NCBI GenBank assembly: GCA_002898375.1
Contig: BEIN01000012.1
Coordinates: 3,922 to 67,921, forward strand
DNA from: a bacterium HR37
GTDB lineage: Bacteria; Desulfobacterota_D; UBA1144; Nemesobacterales; CSP1-2
DNA length: 64,000 nt
Reading direction: 5' to 3'
Shown here: piece after piece, positions 18,625 through 28,729 of the stretch
How positions within the stretch are numbered: the first letter of the stretch is position 1
Layout: each line of letters begins with the position of its first letter
Made by a program: the position numbers and the translations under genes
The notes under the pieces: model-generated
Told to the model about the DNA's origin: nothing
Seen by the model: only the letters and a program-made list of their open reading frames with translations
Databases searched by the model: none

Positions 18625-20439
18625 ATGAAGAGGTCCATACTGAGTGCATTTCCCGCCGGTGTTATTCCTTCGTTGTTTTTGTTTTTCTTTCTTATTCATT
18701 TACCTGTTGAAGCAAAGGAACCTGATATTCCAGGCTCAGTTTCCCAATTGCAAGGGATAAACAAAATTGAAGGGATTGATTTTGAAGCCAAAGACGGTAT
18801 AGGTATTGTAACCATAAAGACCTCAGCACCTGTAAGTTACAGGGAGCTTCCCAAGGAAAGAAAAAAGATAAGCATTAAGATAGAGAAGACCTTCCTTCCC
18901 GATGAGCTTCAGGTATCTAGGGATGTAAGTGAGTTTGATAGCCCTGTTAACTTTGTCTCTTCTTTTAGAGACCCTGTTGATGAGAGCGATACGGTGGTTT
19001 TGGTTGAGCTTAAAGAAGATGCTCCTGTGAAGTTTGAGCAGAGAGAAAATGTGGTGGTTATAAGGCTTGGTAAAACCAGAGAGGAGAAGCTTGTGGAGGA
19101 GGAAAGGGCAGTGGTTGAGACAAAGGAGCCTTTCTGGGCTTTTGACTTTCGTATCACCACCACCCCGGGTGTAAAGAAGGTGTATCGTGGACAGATTGTT
19201 TCTTTTGATTTTAAGGATGCCGATATAAGGGATGTACTGAGGATACTTGCTGATATAAGCGGTTTTAATATTATAGTTTCCTCCGATGTTAAGGGAACTG
19301 TAACCCTAAAGCTCTCAAATGTCCCCTGGGATCAGGCCCTGGATGTTATACTTGAAAATGCAGGGCTTGGTGCAGTTGTTGAGGGCAACGTTATAAAGAT
19401 TGCTCCACTTAGAACCCTTCAAGCAAGACAGCAGGCAATTCAAGCTGCTGCAAGGTCGAAAGAACAGCTTGAGCCTTTGATTACAAGGCAGGTATTTATA
19501 AACTATGCAAGTGCAGATGAGCTTGTACCTCTTGCAGAACCCTTACTTAGTAACAGGGGAGATATAAAGGTTGATACACGTACAAACAGTTTGCTGGTTA
19601 CCGATACCGAAGCCAGGGTTGCACAGATTGAAGAGCTCTTAAAGAGTCTTGATACCCGAACACCTCAGGTTCTTATTGAATCAAGAATCGTTCAAGCTAC
19701 ACTGGATTTTACCCGCCAACTTGGGGTTCAGTGGGGGTTTAACTACAGAGCGTCTGCTGCTACGGGTAACCCAACCGGTGCTATCTTTCCCTCAAGCATT
19801 GCGGTTGGGGGTGTTGGTGTTGGAAGCCCGGGACCTTTTGGTAACATAGGTCAGAATTTTATAGTTGATCTCCCTGCTGCGGTTGGTCCTGGTTCGGGTG
19901 GAGCACTGGGCATTGTACTTGGGAGTCTTACAGGGGCTTATGACCTTGATATAAGGCTTTCTGCTCTTGAAAATAGGGGAGATGGGAGGGTTCTTTCCTC
20001 TCCTAAGGTTTTAACCCTGGATAACCAGCCTGCCAGGATTGAACAAGGTGTTTCCATACCGTTTCTAAGTGTTTCTGCTGCAGGAACCCAAACCCAGTTT
20101 GTTGACGCAACCTTAAGGCTGGAGGTTACTCCACAGGTAACGCATGACAACAGGGTTCTTATGAACATAAAGGTTACTGACAATGCTCCTGATCCCTCAA
20201 TTGTTGGGGCAAATGGTCAACCCGCTATAAGAAGGAATGAGGCTGAGACGCAGGTTCTTGCAATGGATGGGGAAACCATAGTAATAGGAGGGATATTTAC
20301 AAGAACTTCAACCGAGAACCTATCTGGAATCCCCTGGTTTTCAAGAATCCCACTACTTGGGTGGTTATTCAGAAACACAGAGACCATTGATCAGAGAAGA
20401 GAGCTGTTGGTGTTTATAACGCCGAGAATAGTCAGATAA
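18625..20439 (+). CDS. pilQ: Type IV pilus secretin PilQ
   Basis: AMIN-like N-terminus; YRGQIVSFDFKDAD; VPWDQALD; secretin C-terminus IPLLGWLF...ELLVFITPRIV. Confidence 0.95.
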   Translation: MKRSILSAFPAGVIPSLFLFFFLIHLPVEAKEPDIPGSVSQLQGINKIEGIDFEAKDGIGIVTIKTSAPVSYRELPKERKKISIKIEKTFLPDELQVSRDVSEFDSPVNFVSSFRDPVDESDTVVLVELKEDAPVKFEQRENVVVIRLGKTREEKLVEEERAVVETKEPFWAFDFRITTTPGVKKVYRGQIVSFDFKDADIRDVLRILADISGFNIIVSSDVKGTVTLKLSNVPWDQALDVILENAGLGAVVEGNVIKIAPLRTLQARQQAIQAAARSKEQLEPLITRQVFINYASADELVPLAEPLLSNRGDIKVDTRTNSLLVTDTEARVAQIEELLKSLDTRTPQVLIESRIVQATLDFTRQLGVQWGFNYRASAATGNPTGAIFPSSIAVGGVGVGSPGPFGNIGQNFIVDLPAAVGPGSGGALGIVLGSLTGAYDLDIRLSALENRGDGRVLSSPKVLTLDNQPARIEQGVSIPFLSVSAAGTQTQFVDATLRLEVTPQVTHDNRVLMNIKVTDNAPDPSIVGANGQPAIRRNEAETQVLAMDGETIVIGGIFTRTSTENLSGIPWFSRIPLLGWLFRNTETIDQRRELLVFITPRIVR

Positions 20440-20454
20440 AAGAAGGAGGAAGAG

Positions 20455-21003
20455 ATGAAAAGAGCCCTTGTAGAGAACACCTTTTTCCCCTTTCTGGTCG
20501 TTTTTGCAATATTACTGGGGTTGAGTTGTGCTGGAGACAATCCCCCATTTGCTCCTTTTGGCTCAACGGTAGAGATCGTTGACCCTCCTGGTGATATTTT
20601 TATCCCAAGGGAAGCCATAACTACGATAAGGGTTCAGGCTATCGTTCGTGATCCTGATGAGCTACCGTTAAACGATGTAAGGGTTGTATGGGAGCTTTCT
20701 TTTGCAGGAAGGAACGATAGAACCATAGACACAGACGGTGACGGTGTTGCTGATGCACGTTCCCTTCAACTTGTAGATCCAGATGCATGTGGCGAGTTAC
20801 GCTGTGACCTTGTGGATATTTCGCTGTGGAAGGAGTTTGGAGCTTTTGTTGATTCACCATTTACAACGCTTTCGGATGAGCGGGGAATTGCAGATGTAAT
20901 CATACTTATAAACGGTGAGTCTGTAGTTGATCCTGCAAGCCTTGAGGTGTCACTTGAGAACGGAGCGGTTGATGTTATCAATTTTGGGGTAAATGTACCC
21001 TAG
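20455..21003 (+). CDS. Putative Ig-like lipoprotein
   Basis: Lipobox GLSC; beta-rich; DTDGDGVAD Ca-binding-like motif; AGGAGG SD; follows pilQ. Confidence 0.7.
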   Translation: MKRALVENTFFPFLVVFAILLGLSCAGDNPPFAPFGSTVEIVDPPGDIFIPREAITTIRVQAIVRDPDELPLNDVRVVWELSFAGRNDRTIDTDGDGVADARSLQLVDPDACGELRCDLVDISLWKEFGAFVDSPFTTLSDERGIADVIILINGESVVDPASLEVSLENGAVDVINFGVNVP

Positions 21004-21041
21004 AGACTGTAACAAAATCTCTTTAAGGGAGGGAATCATCT

Positions 21042-21935
21042 TTGAAGAGAAGAGAAGAATTTAACCGAAATTTATGCCTTTCCTTGCTGGTCTTTTTTGT
21101 GGTTATGGTTTTATCCATGACTTCCTGTGTTGACGATATTGACAGCCAGAGTTCAGAAGACCCTTTTGGAGCTGGGATAATAGGGATAGAGAGTAATCCT
21201 GATAATCTGTTTGGCAATGCCAACGGTACAAGCGAGATTGAGGTAAATACTGAGGTTTTTCCAGATGGTTCGTCTGTGGAGTTTGAGATAACGGGATCAA
21301 GTACAGGAATATCGTCTTCTGCAAAAGTACATGGGCTTCCTACCTTTCTTAGGGGATGTTTGATAGAGTCTGATTCCACTCTTTCAAATGGAGGAAGGGC
21401 TTTTGCTACCTATCTTGCGGGTATAAATATTGCTCCTGGTGCTTTGCTTGCTTCTGAGAACCCCCCGGTTGAGACGGTTAACGTAGCGGTCAGTATAACC
21501 CCGCCCAATGGGGACAGGGAATCTGATTTTGTTTCTGTTGTACTAAATCCTGTAGGGATAATACCCCCTGAGGATACAGAGATTGAGACAAGACCTGCAG
21601 GTGACCCTTTATCCACTTTCATCACCCTTGAGTTTATAACCGTAGGTATTCCACCGGGTACCATTGTAAATTTCTCCCTGAGTAGACCTGATCTTGGGTT
21701 TCTTAACCCTACGTCTGCACCGGTTGTTGGCTCAGAGGAAATGGGTTCAGTAACCACCCAGTATACAACTTTTAACAATACAGGTGGAACCCAGGTTATA
21801 ATTGCCTCACTTGTCCTTCCAAATCCTTTTGATTTCTACCCCTCAAGGTGTCCTGATGTACCAGAGTTGGATCGCAGGGTTGAGGAACAGGTTGTAATTA
21901 CCCAAACCGTTCCCGAACCTACCCCTGCTCCCTAG
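21042..21935 (+). CDS. Putative Ig-like (invasin/Big-1-like) lipoprotein
   Basis: Lipobox MTSC; T/S/P/G-rich beta strands; repeated PDGSSVEF/PPGTIVNF motif; TTG start after AGGGAGG. Confidence 0.65.
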   Translation: MKRREEFNRNLCLSLLVFFVVMVLSMTSCVDDIDSQSSEDPFGAGIIGIESNPDNLFGNANGTSEIEVNTEVFPDGSSVEFEITGSSTGISSSAKVHGLPTFLRGCLIESDSTLSNGGRAFATYLAGINIAPGALLASENPPVETVNVAVSITPPNGDRESDFVSVVLNPVGIIPPEDTEIETRPAGDPLSTFITLEFITVGIPPGTIVNFSLSRPDLGFLNPTSAPVVGSEEMGSVTTQYTTFNNTGGTQVIIASLVLPNPFDFYPSRCPDVPELDRRVEEQVVITQTVPEPTPAP

Positions 21936-21948
21936 TATGTTATCTGGC

Positions 21949-21990
21949 AAGAATTACCGGGATGCGTTTTATATCCCGGTAATTCTTTTT
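21949..21990 (+). terminator. Rho-independent terminator of pilMNOPQ operon
   Basis: AAGAATTACCGGGAT / ATCCCGGTAATTCTT 15-bp stem plus T-run. Confidence 0.88.
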
Positions 21991-22135
21991 ATCTTGACTT
22001 GGCTTCTAACCTTTTGTTTAATATTGTATTATAAGTTATGTATTTTTAGAAGTTTTTCTATACCCGAAGGAAGGTGATCCTTTAGGAACTTGTGTTTCGC
22101 TTCTGTCTTTAAAATTAGATTAAGGAGGTTTTAAT

Positions 22136-23575
22136 ATGGTTAAGGAGTATGGATTTTTGGCAGATGGCAAGTGGCTGCAAGGTGAAAGAAAGAGGGAAAT
22201 AAAGAGTCCTTACAATGATGAGGTTGTGGGTGTTATAAACATTCCCAGTCTGGAGCAGGCAAGGGAGGCGATTAATGCCGCTGAGCGTGCATTTGAGAAG
22301 TTTAAAAATGCCCCAAGCTACGAGAGAAGCAGGATTCTTAGAAACATTGTAGATGGAATTGAAAAGAGAAAAGAGGAGTTTGCACGGATTCTTGTCAATG
22401 AGGGAGGAAAGCCAATAAAAACAGCTCGGCTTGAAGTAAATAGAGCTATGGTAACTTTTTCGGTTGCGGCAGAGGAGGCAAACAGATTCTCTGGTGGTGA
22501 GGTAATTCCTATAGATATAGTTCCCGGAAATGAGGAGAGATTTGGTATAGTTAAGCGTTTTCCTCTGGGGATTGTAATGGGTATTTCCCCTTTTAATTTT
22601 CCGCTTAACCTGGTTGCTCATAAGGTAGCACCTGCAATTGCATCTGGGAACGTAATGATTCTAAAGCCTGCATCCCAAACTCCTCTTTCTGCACTTGCAC
22701 TGGGAGAAGTGGTTATGGAAGCAGGGCTTCTTCCGGGTGGATTGAATATACTTCCATTACCCGGCTCAAAAATAGAGCCTGTTATTGAAGACGAGCGTAT
22801 AAAGAAGGTCTCTTTTACCGGAAGTGATGAGATAGGTTGGGATCTTATGAAAAAGTTTCCAAAGAAGAAGGTTACACTTGAGTTGGGTGGAAATGCGGCA
22901 ACTATAATTGATGAGGACCCACCTGATCTGGAATATGCAGTTAGCAGAAGTAGTTGGGGTGCTTTCTATCAGGCCGGGCAGAGTTGCATTTCGGTTCAGA
23001 GAATGTATGTGCACGAAAAGATCTTTGATAAGTTCCTTGATAAGTTTATATCTGCAACCAAAGCTCTTAAGGTAGGGGACCCAAGGCTTGAGGATACGGA
23101 TGTGGGGCCTGTTATAGATGATGATTCTGCAGACAGAATAATGAAGTGGATAGAAGAGGCAATTAACTCGGGGGCAAAGCTCCTTACGGGAGGACAGAGG
23201 GATGGTAGGTTGATCCAGCCAACGGTGTTAACCAATGTTCCTCCCACATGTAAGGTTAGCTGTGATGAGGTCTTCGGTCCTGTGGTTCATGTGGAGAGAT
23301 ATAAGGACTTTGATGAGGTTTTAAGGTGGGTAAACGATTCAAGGTTTGGACTCCAGGCTGGCATCTTTACAAAGGACATGAAGAAGGCATTTAAGGCTTA
23401 TAGTGCACTTGAGGTAGGAGGCGTTATAGTAAACGATGTTCCCAGTTTCAGAGTTGAGAACATGCCCTATGGAGGGGTAAAGGATTCGGGAGTAGGAAGA
23501 GAAGGGATAAGATACGCTATAGAGGAGATGACGGAGTTAAAGCTGATGGTTGTAAACTTGAAGAACTACCTCTAG
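22136..23575 (+). CDS. Aldehyde dehydrogenase
   Basis: PFNFP, FTGS, LELGG, catalytic GQSC, EVFGP, PYGGVKDSG. Confidence 0.95.
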   Translation: MVKEYGFLADGKWLQGERKREIKSPYNDEVVGVINIPSLEQAREAINAAERAFEKFKNAPSYERSRILRNIVDGIEKRKEEFARILVNEGGKPIKTARLEVNRAMVTFSVAAEEANRFSGGEVIPIDIVPGNEERFGIVKRFPLGIVMGISPFNFPLNLVAHKVAPAIASGNVMILKPASQTPLSALALGEVVMEAGLLPGGLNILPLPGSKIEPVIEDERIKKVSFTGSDEIGWDLMKKFPKKKVTLELGGNAATIIDEDPPDLEYAVSRSSWGAFYQAGQSCISVQRMYVHEKIFDKFLDKFISATKALKVGDPRLEDTDVGPVIDDDSADRIMKWIEEAINSGAKLLTGGQRDGRLIQPTVLTNVPPTCKVSCDEVFGPVVHVERYKDFDEVLRWVNDSRFGLQAGIFTKDMKKAFKAYSALEVGGVIVNDVPSFRVENMPYGGVKDSGVGREGIRYAIEEMTELKLMVVNLKNYL

Positions 23576-23652
23576 ATTTGTAAGTTGGCCTTTTATCTTG
23601 TCGGTTGGGTATATAAATAAGGAGGGGATGTTGTTTTTATCTGTCTATACAA

Positions 23653-24291
23653 ATGGATAGGGCTACAAAGAAGATAAAATCGCAGGTTAAAAACAAAGAG
23701 CTTGTAGAGATTCGACGAAAGGAGATTGTCAAAGCTGCAGTTGATCTCTTTGTTAAGAAGGGGTTTCATAAAACCACCGTTAGGGAGATTGCCAGAAGAT
23801 TCGGTATGAGCATAGGTACGATCTACGAGTACATAAGAACAAAGGAAGATATACTCTATCTTGTCTGTGATTATATTCACTCAAGTGTGAGTGAGAGGGT
23901 AAAACCATTTTTAACTTTTGATGAAAATGCCAGAGAGGCGCTTAGGCGAGCTATTAACATCTATTTCTCGATAGTTGATGAGATGCAGGATTACATCCTT
24001 TTCCTGTATCAGGAGACCAAATCTCTTGACCGTGAGGCAAGAAAGTATATCTTCAGAGCAGAAGAACATATGACCGAGATATTTGAAAAGATACTATACC
24101 GGGGTATTGAGGATGGAAGCTTTTCTATTTCCAGTGAGGATGTAAAACTTATGGCCCACAATATTATGGTTCTTGGTCAGATGTGGGCTTTCAGGCGCTG
24201 GGTCCTGCAGAAGCACTATAAGATAGACAGATACATAGATATCCAGACAAGGTTTATATTAAAACAGCTTGATTCAAAGTTAAGGGTTTAG
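23653..24291 (+). CDS. TetR/AcrR family transcriptional regulator
   Basis: KGFHKTTVREIARRFGMSIGTIYEY HTH. Confidence 0.92.
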   Translation: MDRATKKIKSQVKNKELVEIRRKEIVKAAVDLFVKKGFHKTTVREIARRFGMSIGTIYEYIRTKEDILYLVCDYIHSSVSERVKPFLTFDENAREALRRAINIYFSIVDEMQDYILFLYQETKSLDREARKYIFRAEEHMTEIFEKILYRGIEDGSFSISSEDVKLMAHNIMVLGQMWAFRRWVLQKHYKIDRYIDIQTRFILKQLDSKLRV

Positions 24292-24308
24292 CTCTTTATA
24301 CTGGGTAA

Positions 24309-24362
24309 TTGACAAGGGGAAGGTGTTTAATATACAATTCTTTGTGAATGAGCGTTCGTTCA
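24309..24362 (+). promoter_or_regulatory. Sigma-70 promoter with palindromic operator upstream of acyl-CoA dehydrogenase
   Basis: TTGACA (24309)-18-TACAAT (24333); imperfect palindrome TGAATGAGCGTTCGTTCA at 24345-24362. Confidence 0.7.
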
Positions 24363-24404
24363 GAATAGAAACTCTTAACCGTTTGTGTTTATAAGGGGGA
24401 TTAC

Positions 24405-25559
24405 ATGAGCATTATAGAGCTTACAGAGGAACAGCGTATGGTAAGGGATACTGCTAGGGAGTTTGCAGAAAGCGAGATTAAGCCCGTTGCTGCAAGACTT
24501 GATAAGGAAGGAAGATTCCCTTCAGAAATTGTTAAAAAGCTGGCAGAACTTGGCTTTATGGGGATATTTATCCCCGAGCACTATGGTGGGAGTGGAATGG
24601 ATACCCTGACCTATGTACTTGCTCTCGAGGAGATCTCTAAGGCCTGTGCCTCAACCGGCACCATAATGTCTGTAAACAACTCTCTTGTATGTGATCCCAT
24701 ATATACATTTGGAACTGAAGAACAGAAAAACAAGTATCTAATCCCTTTGGCCAGGGGAGAGTTGCTTGGTTGTTTTTCGTTAAGTGAGCCGGCAGCTGGC
24801 TCAGATGCAGGTAGTATAAGAACCACTGCCGTAAGGGATGGTAATTACTACATTATAAATGGCACAAAGAACTGGGTAACAAATGGACCCGAGGCAGATA
24901 TTATAATTCTTTTTGCTTCAACTGACCTATCAAAGAAGCATCGAGGGATTTCAGCATTTATAGTAGAAAAGGAAACCCCGGGTGTGATAGTGGGGAAGGT
25001 AGAGGATAAGCTCGGCATAAGGGCCTCAAGCACATCCCAGATTATATTTGAAGACTGTAGGGTTCCGGTGGATAACCGGCTCGGTGAAGAAGGTCAAGGA
25101 TTTAAGATAGCGATGCAAACACTGGATGGGGGGAGAATAGGTATCGGTGCTCAGGCAGTTGGTATTGCTCAAGCTGCCTTTGAGGATTCTATTAGATATT
25201 CCAAGCAAAGAGAGTCTTTTGGTCAACCGATTTCGGAGTTTCAGGCCATACAGTTTATGTTAGCCGATATGGCAACTCGTATTGAGGCCTCCAGGCTCCT
25301 TGTATGGCAAGCAGCGGTTATGAAAGATAAGAAGCTAAATCTTACCAAGTACTCCTCAATGGCAAAACTCTATGCCTCAGAAACGGCAATGTGGGTTACA
25401 ACAAAGGCTATACAGATTCACGGTGGATATGGTTATACAACTGATTATCCGGTTGAGAGGTACTTTAGGGATGCCAAGATAACGGAGATTTACGAAGGAA
25501 CCTCTGAGATCCAGAGACTTGTAATTGCAAGGCGGGTTCTAAACGAATACGGTTTTTAG
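24405..25559 (+). CDS. Acyl-CoA dehydrogenase (short/branched-chain type)
   Basis: [44 protein letters not shown]. Confidence 0.95.
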   Translation: MSIIELTEEQRMVRDTAREFAESEIKPVAARLDKEGRFPSEIVKKLAELGFMGIFIPEHYGGSGMDTLTYVLALEEISKACASTGTIMSVNNSLVCDPIYTFGTEEQKNKYLIPLARGELLGCFSLSEPAAGSDAGSIRTTAVRDGNYYIINGTKNWVTNGPEADIIILFASTDLSKKHRGISAFIVEKETPGVIVGKVEDKLGIRASSTSQIIFEDCRVPVDNRLGEEGQGFKIAMQTLDGGRIGIGAQAVGIAQAAFEDSIRYSKQRESFGQPISEFQAIQFMLADMATRIEASRLLVWQAAVMKDKKLNLTKYSSMAKLYASETAMWVTTKAIQIHGGYGYTTDYPVERYFRDAKITEIYEGTSEIQRLVIARRVLNEYGF

Positions 25560-25570
25560 GAGGTTTCACA

Positions 25571-27238
25571 ATGTTATTTAACAGGGAAGAGCTTGAGATA
25601 ATAAAGCAGGAGAAAGAGAAGTGGGATAGAGAGTATGAAAGGTTTCCAAAGAGAGATGTAACGTTTACAACCATATCCGGTATGGAGGTTCCTCCACTTG
25701 TTACACCTGCGGATCTGGAGGGATTTAGTTACTTATCTGAACTTGGATTTCCGGGCTCATATCCCTTTACCCGTGGGGTGTATAACACTATGTACAGAGG
25801 CAGGCTCTGGACAATGCGTCAGTTTGCCGGTTTTGGTTCTCCGGAGGATACAAATCGCAGGTTTAAGTTCCTGCTTGAGCAGGGACAGACTGGGCTAAGT
25901 ACTGCGTTTGATATGCCCACACTTATGGGATATGACTGTGATCACCCCAAGGCTACTGGGGAGGTTGGAAAAGAAGGGGTTTCAGTTTCTTCTCTTGCAG
26001 ATATGGAGGTGCTCTTTAGCGGGATAAAACTGGATGAGGTTACCACCTCTATGACAATTAACTGCACAGCAAGTATCGTATTTGCCATGTACCTTGTGGT
26101 TGCAGAGAAGCAGGGTGTAGGTTGGGATAGGTTGGATGGAACCATACAGAACGATATGTTAAAGGAGTTTATAGCTCAGAGAGAGTGGATCTGCCCTCCA
26201 AGGCCATCTGTAAAGATAGTTGTTGATGTAATTGAGTTTTGCACAAAGTATGTTCCTAAATGGCATCCTGTTTCCATATCCGGTTATCATATACGCGAGG
26301 CCGGTTCCACCGCCATTCAGGAACTTGCCTTTACAATAGCTGATGGGATCGGATACGTTGAGGAGTGTATTGAGCGTGGTCTTAATGTTGACGACTTTGC
26401 TCCTCAGCTTTCTTTCTTCTTTAACGTGCATAACGATTTCTTTGAGGAGATTGCAAAGTTCCGTGCTGCACGAAGGATGTGGGCAAGGATCATGAAGGAG
26501 AGATTTGGTGCAAGGAATCCAAGGTCTTGGATGCTAAAAACCCATGCCCAGACAGCAGGTTGTAGCCTTACAGCACAGCAGCCGTTAAACAACATAGTGA
26601 GGGTTGCGATTCAAGCACTGGCCGCTGTTTTGGGTGGTGTACAGTCTCTGCATACAAACTCAATGGATGAAACCCTTGCTCTCCCTACAGAAGAGGCTGT
26701 AAAGGTAGCTCTTAGAACCCAGCAGATTATTGCAGAGGAAAGTGGGGTTGTAAACTCGATAGATCCGCTTGGTGGTAGCTATTTGCTTGAGTTTCTTACG
26801 AATAAGATGGAGAAAGAAGCTCTTGAGTACATAAAAAAGATAGATGAGATAGGGGGTATTATTAAGGCAATTGAGCTTGGATTTCCCCAAAAAGAGATTG
26901 CGGATGCCGCCTATAGGTATCAGCTTGAGCTCGATAGAAAAGAAAGGGTGGTTGTTGGTGTAAACAAATACGTAAGTGATAAGGAGATACCAATCCCTAC
27001 CTTAAAGATTGACGATAGTGTATGTGATAGACAGAAAGAAAGGCTTAAAGAGGTAAGAAGAATGCGAAATAGCAGTGCGGTAAGAAGGTGTCTTCAGGCA
27101 ATTGCTACAGCTGCAAGAAATGGGGAGAATCTGATGCCATACATTATAGAGGCGGTAAAGGAATATGCCACCTTGGGTGAGATTAGCGATGTGTTTAGAG
27201 AGGTTTATGGTGTCTATAGGGATCCGGGTTACTTTTAG
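25571..27238 (+). CDS. icmA: B12-dependent acyl-CoA mutase large subunit, isobutyryl-CoA mutase-like
   Basis: WTMRQFAGF (Phe at the MCM Tyr89 position); [10 protein letters not shown] (Gln at the Arg207 position); [11 protein letters not shown]. Confidence 0.8.
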   Translation: MLFNREELEIIKQEKEKWDREYERFPKRDVTFTTISGMEVPPLVTPADLEGFSYLSELGFPGSYPFTRGVYNTMYRGRLWTMRQFAGFGSPEDTNRRFKFLLEQGQTGLSTAFDMPTLMGYDCDHPKATGEVGKEGVSVSSLADMEVLFSGIKLDEVTTSMTINCTASIVFAMYLVVAEKQGVGWDRLDGTIQNDMLKEFIAQREWICPPRPSVKIVVDVIEFCTKYVPKWHPVSISGYHIREAGSTAIQELAFTIADGIGYVEECIERGLNVDDFAPQLSFFFNVHNDFFEEIAKFRAARRMWARIMKERFGARNPRSWMLKTHAQTAGCSLTAQQPLNNIVRVAIQALAAVLGGVQSLHTNSMDETLALPTEEAVKVALRTQQIIAEESGVVNSIDPLGGSYLLEFLTNKMEKEALEYIKKIDEIGGIIKAIELGFPQKEIADAAYRYQLELDRKERVVVGVNKYVSDKEIPIPTLKIDDSVCDRQKERLKEVRRMRNSSAVRRCLQAIATAARNGENLMPYIIEAVKEYATLGEISDVFREVYGVYRDPGYF

Positions 27239-27295
27239 ATTTGACCTCGGTTAACTTACATGGTTAATTAATATGTCCTATAGGAAATAACCAAA

Positions 27296-27706
27296 ATGGC
27301 TGCTGAAAGGAAGATTAGAATCCTTATAGGAAAAGCGGGACTTGATGGGCATGACAGGGGGGCAAAGATAGTGGCCAGAGCCCTTAGAGATGCCGGTTTT
27401 GAGGTTATATATACTGGACTTCATAACACTCCCGAGGTTATAGTTGAGACGGCCATTCAAGAGGATGTAGATGCCATAGGTATTAGCATTCTCTCAGGTG
27501 CTCATAACTACGTGTTTCCGGAGATAATACGCCTTTTAAAAGAAAAGGGTGCTGATGATATAGTGGTATTTGGTGGCGGGATTATACCAAAGGACGATGT
27601 TCCGGGGCTTCTGGAAAAGGGAGTTAAGGCAATATTTGAGCCTGGAACTTCCACGGGAGATATAGTTAAGTGGGTTAGGGAGAACATAAAGCCACGCGGT
27701 CTTTAG
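27296..27706 (+). CDS. icmB: B12-dependent mutase small (cobalamin-binding) subunit
   Basis: [10 protein letters not shown] (DxHxxG), SILSGAH, FGGGIIP. Confidence 0.85.
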   Translation: MAAERKIRILIGKAGLDGHDRGAKIVARALRDAGFEVIYTGLHNTPEVIVETAIQEDVDAIGISILSGAHNYVFPEIIRLLKEKGADDIVVFGGGIIPKDDVPGLLEKGVKAIFEPGTSTGDIVKWVRENIKPRGL

Positions 27707-27738
27707 TGTCTGTGTGTAGGAGGCATTTAGAGGGTGTT

Positions 27739-28383
27739 ATGGGAGTGAAATGTATTCTTTGTGATAAGAGGAAGCCAAAAAGATATTGTCCTGCAAAAAG
27801 GACGTATATATGTCCTGTGTGTTGTGGAGAGAAAAGGGGTATTGAGATAAACTGTCCTCTAGATTGCCCCTATTTCGTTGAAGGCCAAAAGTACCAGCAG
27901 GAGAAGATAACCAAGCAGAGGGTAAAGAAAGAGGGGTTTGAGCCTTATATTAAACGGGCAGAACTCTATAATAAAAGCCCTGAGATCTTTGCTAGAATAG
28001 AACTTGCAATGGTTAATCTATTTCGTGCCGAGAGTGGATTAACAAACAGGGATGTTGCTGAAGCTCTAGAACTGGTTATAAAAACCTTGGAAACGGAAAA
28101 GAAGGGGATAATATACGATTACAGATCCAATAACAGGGTGGTAAATGAGCTTGTACGACAAATCCTATCTGTTCTGAGGGAGTATAAAGACTCTCCTGAG
28201 CTTAAAAGGGAAAGAATCACGGTTGATTATGCAAGGGATGTGGTAGAAGAGTTTTTAAAAGAAGTCAGGTTTTTTATGGAAGTAGACCCCAATCCGCAAG
28301 GCTACCTTGTTCACGTAGCTCGCTACCATCCTGAAAGGATTGAGGCTTTAAAAGACCATGGGCCCTTAATTATATCAACCTAA
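27739..28383 (+). CDS. Hypothetical protein with N-terminal Cys-rich metal-binding domain
   Basis: CILC...YCPA...ICPVCCG...CPLDCPY; ATG 27739 after GAGGG. Confidence 0.75.
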   Translation: MGVKCILCDKRKPKRYCPAKRTYICPVCCGEKRGIEINCPLDCPYFVEGQKYQQEKITKQRVKKEGFEPYIKRAELYNKSPEIFARIELAMVNLFRAESGLTNRDVAEALELVIKTLETEKKGIIYDYRSNNRVVNELVRQILSVLREYKDSPELKRERITVDYARDVVEEFLKEVRFFMEVDPNPQGYLVHVARYHPERIEALKDHGPLIIST

Positions 28384-28415
28384 GGCTTTTGGCCTCTGCT
28401 CAATATAGAAATTCC

Positions 28416-28595
28416 CTATTTTTTGTTACCACCTGATAAGGAGATCCCTACTATAAATGCAATTGCTAAGACAATGCCTGTTATTTTAAAGTACATGCTC
28501 CAGTTTATATGAACTCCAAGATAAAAGAAGTATCCAATTATTGTGAACAGGATAAGACACACTATTATGCTTCCAACTATGTTAGTTTTTAGCAT
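28416..28595 (-). CDS. Small two-TM membrane protein (59 aa), absent from ORF track
   Basis: MLKTNIVGSIIVCLILFTIIGYFFYLGVHINWSMYFKITGIVLAIAFIVGISLSGGNKK; AGGAGG SD. Confidence 0.65.
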   Translation of the reverse strand: MLKTNIVGSIIVCLILFTIIGYFFYLGVHINWSMYFKITGIVLAIAFIVGISLSGGNKK

Positions 28596-28729
28596 CTTCT
28601 CCTCCTAGCTTGGTAATTACGGCTAGAGATCCTAGCTTACAAAAAGCATCTAAATTTTAACCTGATTTGCCTCTGTATCAAATAATTTGTTTTTGCCCTG
28701 CTGATAGAGTATTATTCTTTTATTACAGA

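Noticed and set aside
22060..22110. Hairpin CCGAAGGA...TCCTTTAGG upstream of the aldehyde dehydrogenase as a riboswitch
   Set aside because: Single imperfect stem; no known aptamer consensus recognised.
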